Source: Candidatus Omnitrophota bacterium (lineage in GTDB: Bacteria > Omnitrophota > Gorgyraeia > Zapsychrales > Zapsychraceae). From it: a DNA stretch of 64,000 nt. Under the pieces are notes generated by a model that was not told the DNA's origin, searched no databases, and was given only the letters and a program-made list of their open reading frames with translations. Location: the NCBI GenBank assembly GCA_020429915.1, contig JAGQKV010000006.1:5458-69457 (forward strand), given 5' to 3'. Position numbers and translations under genes: made by a program. Of the stretch, positions 1-9,477 are shown piece after piece (within the stretch, counting starts at the first letter, position 1; each line of letters begins with the position of its first letter).

Positions 1-2
1 TC

Positions 3-389
3 GCACATGTGCTGGACGTCAGCGGGAGCGGGGCGCCGCTGCAATTCGGCGCATTTAAATACTACCTCTTTCCGAGCATGATGCAGCGTTTCGATAACCG
101 GTTTTTACGCATCCAGGATATTATGGCCCAGATCCCGGAATCGGAAATCAACCGGCTGCAGACCTTCGTGCCGGCCCCCAACGGCGCTCTGGTGATCGAC
201 GACGATCCGGTGCAGGAGCAGCCGTTTAACCGTGTCTGGCTGATGAGCGCCAGTTGGGACAATAAGGGTGATCAGGAGGCCATTCTCAATATTAACGCCT
301 TGCAGGTGCGTTCGCTGTTCGACAGGTTGTTCCATAAGAAATCAACTCAAATCAACGACGGGATTTATCTTGAACTTTACGAAAAGTAA
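3..389 (+). CDS. 3' end of an upstream gene, open from the window edge; function unknown
   Basis: Reading frame is open from base 3 with no upstream stop inside the window. Codon usage matches neighbouring genes. I recognise no motif. Confidence 0.35.
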   Translation, partial: AHVLDVSGSGAPLQFGAFKYYLFPSMMQRFDNRFLRIQDIMAQIPESEINRLQTFVPAPNGALVIDDDPVQEQPFNRVWLMSASWDNKGDQEAILNINALQVRSLFDRLFHKKSTQINDGIYLELYEK

Positions 390-2187
390 TCATATTCTCG
401 CGCTGCTGGTGTTTTTGTTTTTGTCGGTTTTGTTTACGGCGCCTATCTACGATAATTCCGACATGTGGGGACAGAAGGACTGGGACCAGTTCGTGATGTG
501 GAATGCGGTGCCGTACCGGACGATCACCGAGTTTCGTCAATTTCCCCTGTGGAACCCTTACGTCAACGGCGGGAACGTGATGCTGGCGCATCCTCAATCC
601 GCGTTCCTGTCACCGTTTTTTATCTTCGTCCTGATCTTCGGTCCGTATCTCGGGCTCAAGATCCAGATCACCGTGCATGTGTTTCTGGGATTGTGGGGCA
701 TGTTCCTGCTCGCCAAAAACCTGGCGCTGCGCGATATGGCGGCCTACCTGGCGGCGTTCGTCTTTATGTTTGCCGCCGTGTATCCGCTGCATCTGACCGA
801 AGGGCACACCGAATGGCTGTGCATGGCGTTTATGTCGTGGCTGTTTCTCGCCTATCGCAAAAGTCTCGACGATATCCGCTATGTGCTGGCCGGTATTGTC
901 TTTCTCAGCCTGATTCTGCTCAACGGCAGCGTGGACGTCTTCAATATCTTTAATGTCTTTCTAGGGTTGTACGCGGTCCTGACGGCCGCGCGTTCGCGCG
1001 ACTGGATGCCGGTCAAATCCCTGATGATGATCTTCGCGGGGACCTTTCTGCTGTGTGCGGTCAAACTGTTTCCCATGCTTGACTTTATCCGTGAATTTCC
1101 CCGCACGGGGGAAGAAGCGGGCGGTGGTGTGACTTTGGGGATTCTTTTCCGGATGTTGCTGGATCCCAACCAGGAAACGCTCGATATGATGAACTGGCTC
1201 GACGGGTACCGGATGGGCTTGACGCATGAGTGGCACGAGTACGGCGCGTATGTCGGAATTCTGCCGCTGGTGTTGGGACTCGCGGGCTGTGTCATTTTCT
1301 TCCGGAAATACTGGCCGCTGATCGTCTCTGGCATGGCTATGCTGCTGATCGCCCTGGGCGACGGGACTATGTTGAATGCGTGGCAGCTCTTGCGCCGTCT
1401 GCCGGTTTACGATTCGCTCACTGTCCCGTCGCGTTATATTGTGGGGTTCGTTTTTCTGTTGGCGCTCACCGCCGCGATGACCCTGCAGCTGATCAATGAC
1501 CGGTTGGCCGGTCAGCGCGGTCTACGGGCCAAGGTTCTTAAGGGGGCGGTGGTCCTGATGTTTCTGTTTATTCCGTACCATCTCATTGAGATGAATTCGA
1601 GCATCTTCTGGAACGCCTTCCGGGTGGAGCCGGTCACTTTGCGTCACAATCCGGTTTTTGCCCAGCGCTACCGCGAGGTCCGTTTTCAGGAAGAATATGT
1701 GACCAACAGTTCGATCTATCCGGTCTTTATGAGTAATTCCGGAATTGTCGAGGGGTACGAAGTGATGCAGTTGACACGGGGCGCCGTAACGGTGCTCGGC
1801 GAATCCGGCTACCGGGGAGAGTATTTTTTTGATTTTCCCCGGGGAGAGCGGGAGCTGGTTCTGTTTTCCCCGAATAAACTGGTATTCGACATCAAGCTGG
1901 ACCGTTCCAATCTGCTGATCATCAACCAGAATTATCACAAGGGGTGGACGGCGTCTATTCCGGGCCACCGGCTCGCCGTCTCCCAAACCGCCGGATTGAT
2001 TTCGGTCGTGTTGCCGGAAGGGGAGTACCGGCTTGAACTGACGTACCGGCCGCAGCCGTTTCTCGTCGGAGGTGCCGTTTCGTTGTTGACGCTGGTCCTG
2101 CTACTGGCTAAGGCTTGGGAATGGCGTTCCCCGTCCGGCGGGCGCGGACGGAAGAAGTCCGAGAAGCCGCACGCCGCCGTTTCCTGA
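388..2187 (+). CDS. YfhO-family polytopic membrane protein (putative exofacial glycosyltransferase)
   Basis: About 12 predicted TM helices. The 'FPLWNPYVNGGNVMLAHPQSAFLSPFF' segment matches the YfhO family signature (WNPY..GG...PQ). The track ORF starts at 268 but overlaps the preceding gene in another frame; the real start is probably a non-ATG codon near 388-465, just before the first TM helix. A C-terminal soluble domain is present. Confidence 0.6.
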   Translation, partial: NHILALLVFLFLSVLFTAPIYDNSDMWGQKDWDQFVMWNAVPYRTITEFRQFPLWNPYVNGGNVMLAHPQSAFLSPFFIFVLIFGPYLGLKIQITVHVFLGLWGMFLLAKNLALRDMAAYLAAFVFMFAAVYPLHLTEGHTEWLCMAFMSWLFLAYRKSLDDIRYVLAGIVFLSLILLNGSVDVFNIFNVFLGLYAVLTAARSRDWMPVKSLMMIFAGTFLLCAVKLFPMLDFIREFPRTGEEAGGGVTLGILFRMLLDPNQETLDMMNWLDGYRMGLTHEWHEYGAYVGILPLVLGLAGCVIFFRKYWPLIVSGMAMLLIALGDGTMLNAWQLLRRLPVYDSLTVPSRYIVGFVFLLALTAAMTLQLINDRLAGQRGLRAKVLKGAVVLMFLFIPYHLIEMNSSIFWNAFRVEPVTLRHNPVFAQRYREVRFQEEYVTNSSIYPVFMSNSGIVEGYEVMQLTRGAVTVLGESGYRGEYFFDFPRGERELVLFSPNKLVFDIKLDRSNLLIINQNYHKGWTASIPGHRLAVSQTAGLISVVLPEGEYRLELTYRPQPFLVGGAVSLLTLVLLLAKAWEWRSPSGGRGRKKSEKPHAAVS

Positions 2188-2205
2188 AAGGCTGTCGCGT
2201 ATTCC

Positions 2206-3723
2206 ATGAACACATCCGCGCGCAAATCCTCCTCAGCCGATCCTGCCATGACTGTGTGGTTGTGGATTATGATCGGCTTTATGGGCTACCGTTTGGTGTT
2301 ATACGCGCTGTACGCGGTGGACCACATTACCTATCCCTTCGACTACGATGCCGGTGAGGGGCTGATCCTCAGCCGTGCCTGGATCATGGCGCGGGGTGGC
2401 GATATCTATTCGCCCGTTACCGTCGAGCCTTACTTCGTCATGAACTACCCTCCGGTGTTTGAGGGGTTGGTCGCGGTCGTGGCCAGGCTGTTCGGTCCCG
2501 GCCACTGGATCGGCCGGCTGCTGTCGGTGACCGCCGCGGGCGTCTGTGCCTTTTGTGTCAGCCGGATTGTCCGGCAGCATTCCGGCAAATCCCTGTCGGC
2601 GGTCGCGGCGGGGCTCCTTTTGTACGCCTCCTGTTGGTTGACGAGCTGGTCCGTGATCAGCCGGGTGGATACTTTCGGTTTAATGTGCACGCTGGCCGGA
2701 TTGGCCGTCATGTCGCGGGATGCCTCGCGGCGGACGGTGCGGACAGTTCTAGCGGGAGCGGTGCTGTTCAGCTTGGCCTTATTCACCCGGCAGAGCCTGA
2801 TTGCCGCCCCGCTGGCCTGCGCCTTGGCCTACCTGTTTCCCAATGACAATGAACCGCAGCGCCGACGTCACAAGATCGTTTTTCTCGGCGCGATGATCGT
2901 CATCCCGGCGGTCTTGCTGGCGGTTATGCAGCTGGTCACCTGCGGAGAATTCTACCGGCACACAGTGCTCTATACCATGGGGGAATTTGAAGTTGCTCAT
3001 TTCACGCGCTGGATCGGCGACTACCTCAATATGCACGGAGCGACGGTTGTGCTGTGTGCGGGATATGCGTTCATGCGCCGGCGTGAGCCGCGTCTGCGAG
3101 TCCCGCTGTTGTTTTGGGTCCTGTCCCTGGCCGTGTCTTTCACGGCCGGTAAGGAGGGGGCATCGATCAACTACTTCCTGGAATTCTGGGCGGCCAGTTG
3201 TATTCTGATCGGATTGATGCTCGGTGAACTCGAACACTTTCGCGGTAGCGGCTGGCGCCGACTGGCCGGGCCGGTGATCGTCGGCATCCTGTTCGTACAG
3301 GTGCTGGTCATGCATTACCGTACCGATTTTAATCATGTGCGGGAAGTGTACCGCCAGAGTTCCGCCCGGTTATCCGCATACGTGCGCGACTCCCCCGGAG
3401 AGGTCCTTTCGGAGTACACCGGATATCTCGTGATTAACGGTAAACAGCCGGTTTATCAGCCGTTTTCCATGACGCAACTCGCTGAACGCGGACTGTGGGA
3501 TGAAGAAAAGTTTATTGCGGATATCGAACGCGGGCGGTTTTCCTTGATTGTTATGACCAATGTCGGGATGGGTTACGGCCGCTGGTCGCAGCGGATGATT
3601 GACGCGGTTAAATCTCATTATGATTTGATCGATACACTACCGTGCTACGAGTTGTCGTTTTATGAAAGCAGCGTCAACGTCAACAATGTGTATCGTCGTA
3701 AACAGATCGCGGGGAAGAGATGA
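2206..3723 (+). CDS. GT-C fold membrane glycosyltransferase (PMT/ArnT/GT87-like)
   Basis: Polytopic membrane protein with an acidic first-loop motif 'FDYDAGEGL' following TM1, as in GT-C enzymes. Its stop overlaps the next start (ATGA at 3720). Confidence 0.5.
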   Translation: MNTSARKSSSADPAMTVWLWIMIGFMGYRLVLYALYAVDHITYPFDYDAGEGLILSRAWIMARGGDIYSPVTVEPYFVMNYPPVFEGLVAVVARLFGPGHWIGRLLSVTAAGVCAFCVSRIVRQHSGKSLSAVAAGLLLYASCWLTSWSVISRVDTFGLMCTLAGLAVMSRDASRRTVRTVLAGAVLFSLALFTRQSLIAAPLACALAYLFPNDNEPQRRRHKIVFLGAMIVIPAVLLAVMQLVTCGEFYRHTVLYTMGEFEVAHFTRWIGDYLNMHGATVVLCAGYAFMRRREPRLRVPLLFWVLSLAVSFTAGKEGASINYFLEFWAASCILIGLMLGELEHFRGSGWRRLAGPVIVGILFVQVLVMHYRTDFNHVREVYRQSSARLSAYVRDSPGEVLSEYTGYLVINGKQPVYQPFSMTQLAERGLWDEEKFIADIERGRFSLIVMTNVGMGYGRWSQRMIDAVKSHYDLIDTLPCYELSFYESSVNVNNVYRRKQIAGKR

Positions 3724-5339
3724 GCGGGCGGCAGGTTAAGATTCTGTTGGCCGGCGGCGGAATGTTCGTGGCGGCGGCCTTATTGTTTGCCCGGTTGGGG
3801 GCGATCCCGTTATGGGATGATGAGGCCACGACCGCGTTGTTCGCGCAATCGGTGTGGCGGACCGGCGATACCGACGTGCGGGTGGGGCACAATATCGTGG
3901 CCTATCAGTCCGGCGTGGAAATCAGGGATGGGAAGAACCGGGTCATCCCGCCGTTGCCGTTTTATCTGGCCGCCCCTTTTGTGGGGAACGCACCGGGTTC
4001 GGCGCTGGCCGCGCGTTTGCCGTTTGCGTTGTGCGGCCTGGCCACCATCGGGGTGATTATTTTATGGCTGGCGCGCACGGGAGTATGCGCGGGGACGTGG
4101 CTGGCGATGCTCGCGGGACTCTTGTGCAATGTTTCGTTTCTGCTCTTCAGCCGGCAATGCCGCTATTATGCGCCGGTGATGCTGTTGTCGGTGATCTCTG
4201 CTTATTTCTATCAGTTTCGTGACCGGGGCCGTCTGTATTTGTTTGGATTGATCACCGCCGGCGTGTTGCTGCTGAGCGCCAACTATCTGTGTTACGCCGG
4301 GGTTATGGCCTGCCTGGCGGTGGACTACCTGATGTGGGGTCGGCGGGCGCGGGCATATCCGATCGGGGACATTCTGCTGTTTGTGGCGATCCAGCTGGCG
4401 GCGGTTGGCGCGGTCGTAATATTTTACAATCCGTTCGGCGTTGACATCTGGAACGTTCCGCGGCAGGCGTGGATCGTCGAAAAACTCACCTTATTTTTCT
4501 GGAACTGGCGGGATCTCAACAGCAATGAATTCGGGGCCGGATTGCTGATCGCGATGGCAGCGATCCTGGGGTTCTTCGGCAGGGACCGGCAGGCCCGCCG
4601 GGCGGTAACGGCGCTCACGGTATACATTGCGGTGGTGAGCGTGTTGACCCCACAGCCCGTCAACCTGTTGTCCGTGGCCTTTGTGCGTTATCTGGTTCCG
4701 GTCATACCGCTGTGCGTGTGGATTACGGTGATCTGTGTGCGGTACACCGCGACGCGTCACTACGTTTTGGCGGTCGTGCTGGCCGTTCTCGTCTTCGGGA
4801 CCAATATCCTGCACGGCGGTCCGCTCGTCGGAACCGACCCGCGGACGGTTTTCAGTTCGGTCATCGCGCAGGGGAAGTTTCGTAGCACCATTGCGCAATA
4901 CATCGGGGAACTGATCGACCCTCCGCCCAGCGCGTACGGCGAGATGGCGCAGTGGATCAACCGTCATGTCGGGGAGGGGCAAAGTGTATGGGTAACGCCC
5001 GGTTACGCGACGTACCCGCTGATGTACCACGCCCCGCGCGCGCTGTATGCCTGGCAGCTCGAGGCCGGATCCGGCCGTTTTCCCGGGCTGCCCGCGATTC
5101 ACTTTGCCGGACAACAGGCGCCCGAATTTATCGTTGCCTTCGGTCCGTACCGGGCGCAGGCCCTGGCGGCGATGGAGAAATTGAAGGCCCGGGGAATGTC
5201 GTACCGCGAAGAAGGGACCGTCAACCGTTACTGGTATGATCTGATCCGACCCGAACTGTTTTGGCACGCCTTTGGGGAGGTCCGTGAATTTTCGCCGGAT
5301 GACGAAGCGGTGTACCTGTACCGGAGACAGCGGCCGTAA
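3720..5339 (+). CDS. GT-C glycosyltransferase, family 39/83-like (ArnT/PMT_2-type)
   Basis: 'PLWDDEATTALFAQSVW' after TM1 is the canonical DE motif of ArnT/PMT_2 enzymes. 10-12 TM helices plus a C-terminal periplasmic domain. Confidence 0.6.
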   Translation: MSGRQVKILLAGGGMFVAAALLFARLGAIPLWDDEATTALFAQSVWRTGDTDVRVGHNIVAYQSGVEIRDGKNRVIPPLPFYLAAPFVGNAPGSALAARLPFALCGLATIGVIILWLARTGVCAGTWLAMLAGLLCNVSFLLFSRQCRYYAPVMLLSVISAYFYQFRDRGRLYLFGLITAGVLLLSANYLCYAGVMACLAVDYLMWGRRARAYPIGDILLFVAIQLAAVGAVVIFYNPFGVDIWNVPRQAWIVEKLTLFFWNWRDLNSNEFGAGLLIAMAAILGFFGRDRQARRAVTALTVYIAVVSVLTPQPVNLLSVAFVRYLVPVIPLCVWITVICVRYTATRHYVLAVVLAVLVFGTNILHGGPLVGTDPRTVFSSVIAQGKFRSTIAQYIGELIDPPPSAYGEMAQWINRHVGEGQSVWVTPGYATYPLMYHAPRALYAWQLEAGSGRFPGLPAIHFAGQQAPEFIVAFGPYRAQALAAMEKLKARGMSYREEGTVNRYWYDLIRPELFWHAFGEVREFSPDDEAVYLYRRQRP

Positions 5340-5485
5340 CCCGGTTCCGTGTCCGGAAGTATCTGAATCTGTTGTCTTTTGCGGTCTTAGTACGGTATGA
5401 TAGTCAACAATGCGACCGTCTGCGGCGGGAATTGATCCGCGATCGCGTTGTCCAGAGCCGCCAACCGGTATCGGGGAATACGCCG

Positions 5486-7417
5486 ATGAAGAAAATTTCC
5501 GTCCTGGCCATCATGGTATTCGTGATCGGGGTCGCCTTGCGTGTCCAGCTGTTGCAGGCGCCCTATATCGAGGACGAACGTAAAAATATATATATCGCGC
5601 AACAGATTTCGTTCGAGCCGGGACACGCGTATCTTCCGCTCGAACACAAAGAAATCACGCATCCGCTGTTAAACGTGTATCTGACCAAACTGGGCATGAG
5701 CGTGTGGGGTGAAAGCGGACCCGGCCCGCGTGTGATCCATTTTCTGCTCGGATCACTGACTTTGGCGCTGGTATACCTGTTGGCACGCACGTGGGGCGAA
5801 ATGGCCGGGGTATGGGCGCTGGCCGCGCTGGCTTTTAATCCTTATCATTTGCATGCCACCGTGCGTGCCGAGAATGCCAGCTCGCTGCTGTTTTTTACGG
5901 CGCTGGCGCTGTGGCTTTTTTACCGCGCGATGGAGACCCGGCGCGGTAAGTGGATGATCGCGCTGGGACCTGTTATGGGGGCCGCCTTTTTGACCAAGGG
6001 CGTCAGTCTCCTGCTGGTGCCGGCCATGGGACTGCTGTTGATAGGTCACGCCGATCAGCGCTTCTGGTGGCGCTCCCGCAGTCTTTACATCGCGGTCGGG
6101 CTTTTCATACTGACGATCAGCCCATGGCTGATTTGGGTGAGTGTGCACGGGACGTATCAGCTGATGTTCGAGCCGGGTATGTATAAACCCGCGATGATCC
6201 GGTTGAATCCGACCGCCGTTCATTTTTACCTGATTGATTTGTTTTGCCGGTTGAACCACGTCGAACCGCGGATGGTCACCAGTTGGGAGTACGGTCGTAT
6301 GGATATCGTCTCGGGACTGGTGTTGTTGCTGGGCGTCGTGTGGGCGGCTCTGAACAAGCCGGACCGCCTGGCGCGTTGGCTGCTGGCCTGTTTTACCGTC
6401 ATCGTGGTCGTGTTGAGTTTTTTCCGCCGGGATGGCAACGCCGTCGGTGAGTTTTGGTGGGTCAATCTGAGCTTGATTCCGGCGGTTTGTCTGGCCGGCA
6501 GGATGCTGTCGTCCTGGAACAGCTGCGGCAGGATGTTTCGTCTGATGACCTTCGGTGTCTTTGTTTTCTTATGCGTCCACGCGGCCTGTTTTGTCCGTAC
6601 GTTGCCGGGCGATATCTTGTATCCCCCGCGGCGGTTTTGTCCGTTGGTCGATCAGGATTACACGGTGGGCCGTCTGGCCATGACGGACGGCCGCTATGAT
6701 TTGGCCCGCAGCGAGTTTAAACAACATCTCCGGTACGCACCGAACAATGTCGAGATTCTCAGTTTTCTGGGATTGCTGAATTTTCACCAGGGCCACTTTG
6801 ATGCGGCCGTCGACTATTGGGCGCGGGCGTTGGTTTTGGATCCGCATTATGTTCATGTCAGCAACAAGCTGATCAATCACAGTGCGGTGTTGCGCGCGCA
6901 TTTCTTGCGGCGATGGTATGAGAATACAACCGATCCGCAGACCGCTTACTATTTGGGCGTGGTGAATTTCTACGACGGGCAGTTCGATCAGGCCCGGGCC
7001 TTTTTCGACCGCTTGTCCCGACTTGAGCCGGGGTTGCCCGCGGCGGCTTATTACAAGGCCCGTATTCACTATGCCAAAAAAGAGTACGCTGTGGCCGAGA
7101 CAATGCTCCGGGAGGTCTTGCGGGGAAGGCCGGGTTTCACCGGCGCCCATTTTGCGCTGGGCCAAGCCTACTTGAAAGAAGGCCGTTACCGGGAAGCCGT
7201 GGCCGCCTTTGACGGGGAATTGCGGTCCAATCCGCAGGATTTAAAATCGATGTACTACCGGGCACAAGCGTTCGAGAAATCGGGTGCCGCGGGCGAGGCG
7301 TCCGTTGCCTACCGGGCCGCGCTGGATCTCGTTCACGCCGATCTGATTCAGCGTCTGCGCGAGACGGATCCGTCGCCATACATCAAAATACTGTCATTAA
7401 CAAGGGGAGCGTCTTGA
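5486..7417 (+). CDS. GT-C (PMT_2/ArnT-like) glycosyltransferase fused to a C-terminal TPR domain (TMTC-like architecture)
   Basis: Start taken at the ATG at 5486 (MKKISVLAIMVF..). 'YIEDERKNIYIAQQI' is a first-loop DE motif. The C-terminal ~230 aa carry TPR-like repeats (e.g. 'AYYLGVVNFYDGQFDQARAFFDRL..', 'AHFALGQAYLKEGRYREAVAAF'). Confidence 0.6.
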   Translation: MKKISVLAIMVFVIGVALRVQLLQAPYIEDERKNIYIAQQISFEPGHAYLPLEHKEITHPLLNVYLTKLGMSVWGESGPGPRVIHFLLGSLTLALVYLLARTWGEMAGVWALAALAFNPYHLHATVRAENASSLLFFTALALWLFYRAMETRRGKWMIALGPVMGAAFLTKGVSLLLVPAMGLLLIGHADQRFWWRSRSLYIAVGLFILTISPWLIWVSVHGTYQLMFEPGMYKPAMIRLNPTAVHFYLIDLFCRLNHVEPRMVTSWEYGRMDIVSGLVLLLGVVWAALNKPDRLARWLLACFTVIVVVLSFFRRDGNAVGEFWWVNLSLIPAVCLAGRMLSSWNSCGRMFRLMTFGVFVFLCVHAACFVRTLPGDILYPPRRFCPLVDQDYTVGRLAMTDGRYDLARSEFKQHLRYAPNNVEILSFLGLLNFHQGHFDAAVDYWARALVLDPHYVHVSNKLINHSAVLRAHFLRRWYENTTDPQTAYYLGVVNFYDGQFDQARAFFDRLSRLEPGLPAAAYYKARIHYAKKEYAVAETMLREVLRGRPGFTGAHFALGQAYLKEGRYREAVAAFDGELRSNPQDLKSMYYRAQAFEKSGAAGEASVAYRAALDLVHADLIQRLRETDPSPYIKILSLTRGAS

Positions 7418-8670
7418 AAGTTATCCCGCGCCGGTTGGTCGCGTTTGAAAAAGGGGAATTGGCCGCGAGCTGGCGGGTCCTGCGCGGCGAAGAGGAGGCC
7501 GGACTGGTTGCTGAATTTGAGCAGCGGTTCACCGAGTACGTGAGCGTCCCCTACGCGATGGCGGTCTCTTCGGTGCGTGACGGTTTTTCGTGCCTGCTGG
7601 ACGTGCTCGAATTCGCGCCCGGCGACGAAATCATCATGGCCGCCTACAACTATCATGTCATGCCGCTGATCGTTAAAAAGCGCGGACTGGTGCCGGTCTT
7701 CGCGGACATCGATCCGGACACGCTGAATATCGATCCCGGTCAAATCGAAAGATTGATCACCGACAAGACCCGGGCGGTTATTGTGACCCATCTGTTCGGA
7801 CGGTCGGCACGCGCGACGGAAATCCAAAAGATCTGCCGGGAACGCGGGCTGATATTGCTCGAGGACGCGGCCCACGCGTGCGGGGCCGAATGCGACGGCC
7901 GCAAGGTCGGCGGGTTCGGCGATTTCGGGATGTTCAGCTTCGGGACCGGTAAATGTCTGGTGACGCTCGGCGGGGGGGTCATCGTCTCCCGGAACACGGA
8001 AGTGTTTACCAGGCTCCGGGAGCGGTTGGACAATCAGGACCACCCGGGGGAACGCTGGCACAGCACCAGTTACTATCTTAAATGCCTGCTGCAAATTGCA
8101 CTCACCAACCGGACGCTGTTTGCGGTCCTGGTATATCCTTGGATTTTGTTGGCCGACCTGATACGGCTGGACATCATCGAACGGCTGACCGGAGATAAAT
8201 ATACGTCGGCGGATGTCAGCGCCAAGAGCCAGGTGCAGCCGTTCGCTGAATTCCAGGCCCTGCTCGGATTGCAGCAACTCAAGCGGCTGGACGCCATGAA
8301 CGACAAACGGATCGCGCGCGCCCAGCTGCTCGACCGCTATCTTGAGGATGTGAAAGAGATCAAACGGATCCCGGTTGTGGGGAACCGCGAGCACATCGCC
8401 CAGTCGTACACCGTTATTTGCGATGATAAGAACGCGCTGCGGCGGCATTTGCTGCGTAAAGGCATCGACACCAAAGAATCGTCTATGCGCAATTGCGCGC
8501 AGTTCCTGGGGGCGGACGGCCCGTTTCCCGGTATGGCCGGGATCGACGACCGTATTGTCGAATTGCCCTGTTCCCAACACCTGAGTGAAAACGAGATGTT
8601 ATACCAGGCCAATGCGGTCCGGGACTTTTTCGGCTATCCGATGACATCCGGTCCGGGCGGAGGCAGATGA
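7414..8670 (+). CDS. DegT/DnrJ/EryC1/StrS-family PLP-dependent sugar aminotransferase
   Basis: 'GDFGMFSFGTGKCL' is the PLP-lysine region. Overall fold-type I aminotransferase layout typical of nucleotide-sugar aminotransferases. The overlapping 410-aa antisense ORF (7348-8580) is rejected. Confidence 0.8.
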   Translation: MKVIPRRLVAFEKGELAASWRVLRGEEEAGLVAEFEQRFTEYVSVPYAMAVSSVRDGFSCLLDVLEFAPGDEIIMAAYNYHVMPLIVKKRGLVPVFADIDPDTLNIDPGQIERLITDKTRAVIVTHLFGRSARATEIQKICRERGLILLEDAAHACGAECDGRKVGGFGDFGMFSFGTGKCLVTLGGGVIVSRNTEVFTRLRERLDNQDHPGERWHSTSYYLKCLLQIALTNRTLFAVLVYPWILLADLIRLDIIERLTGDKYTSADVSAKSQVQPFAEFQALLGLQQLKRLDAMNDKRIARAQLLDRYLEDVKEIKRIPVVGNREHIAQSYTVICDDKNALRRHLLRKGIDTKESSMRNCAQFLGADGPFPGMAGIDDRIVELPCSQHLSENEMLYQANAVRDFFGYPMTSGPGGGR

Positions 8671-9446
8671 TGGCAGATTTCTGGAAAGACAAGGTCGTGA
8701 TCGTCACCGGCGCTTCTTCGGGAGTGGGCCGCAGCTGCGTCGAGGAGATGTCCGCGCGGAGGGCCAAGGTTGTGCTGGCGGCCCGCCGGCTGGAGCGGAT
8801 GCAGGAAATCGGAGAGACACTTCCGCGGGAGTCGACGCTGATCGTTCAAACGGATGTGGGAAAACAGGGCCAGGTCGAGGCGATGGTCCGCCGGACGGTG
8901 GAACATTTCGGACGGGTGGACGTCCTGGTCAACAACGCCGCCGTCGGTATGGGCGGGAATGTGATCACCTGTCCGCTCGATAAATACGAAGAACTCATGC
9001 AGATCAATGTCTTCGGCGCGTTGTACTGCATGCGGGCCGTGTATCCGCACATGAAGGCACAGGGCGGCGGGGCGATTGTCAATGTCAGTTCGATCGCCGG
9101 CTTCAAAGGCTTTTACACCTGCGGGCTTTATGCCAGCTCCAAGCACGCCCTCAACGGCATGAGCGAAAGCTTAGGAGAAACGGCACGCAAAGACAACATT
9201 CACGTGGCGTTGATCTGTCCGGGAAAGATCGAGACGGAATTTGACCAGAAGCTTTTGTATTTCGAAGGGAAGCGCTCGACTGAGAACAGCGGCATCGAGC
9301 CGGTCGAAGTCTGCCGGGCGATCATGCGCGCCGTCGAGAAAAAGAAGTGCCTGATCGTCCTCGGAAAAAAGTGCATGCCGCTGTATTTGTTGAACCGACT
9401 GTCGCCGGAGCTGACGAACTTTCTGATCCGCAAGCTCTACGCCTGA
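8667..9446 (+). CDS. Short-chain dehydrogenase/reductase (SDR)
   Basis: 'VTGASSGVG' Rossmann motif and the 'YASSKHAL' catalytic YxxxK. About 259 aa, classical SDR length. Confidence 0.85.
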   Translation: MMADFWKDKVVIVTGASSGVGRSCVEEMSARRAKVVLAARRLERMQEIGETLPRESTLIVQTDVGKQGQVEAMVRRTVEHFGRVDVLVNNAAVGMGGNVITCPLDKYEELMQINVFGALYCMRAVYPHMKAQGGGAIVNVSSIAGFKGFYTCGLYASSKHALNGMSESLGETARKDNIHVALICPGKIETEFDQKLLYFEGKRSTENSGIEPVEVCRAIMRAVEKKKCLIVLGKKCMPLYLLNRLSPELTNFLIRKLYA

Positions 9447-9477
9447 CCGTGTCCCGGACGCGACTAAAATCGAATTC

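Noticed and set aside
268-387. N-terminal 40-codon extension of the YfhO-like ORF
   Set aside because: It overlaps the preceding gene's coding region in another frame. The first TM helix begins near 388, so the start is probably a non-ATG codon there.
7348-8580. 410-aa ORF on the minus strand
   Set aside because: It is antisense to the DegT-family aminotransferase, whose PLP-lysine motif is unambiguous on the + strand.
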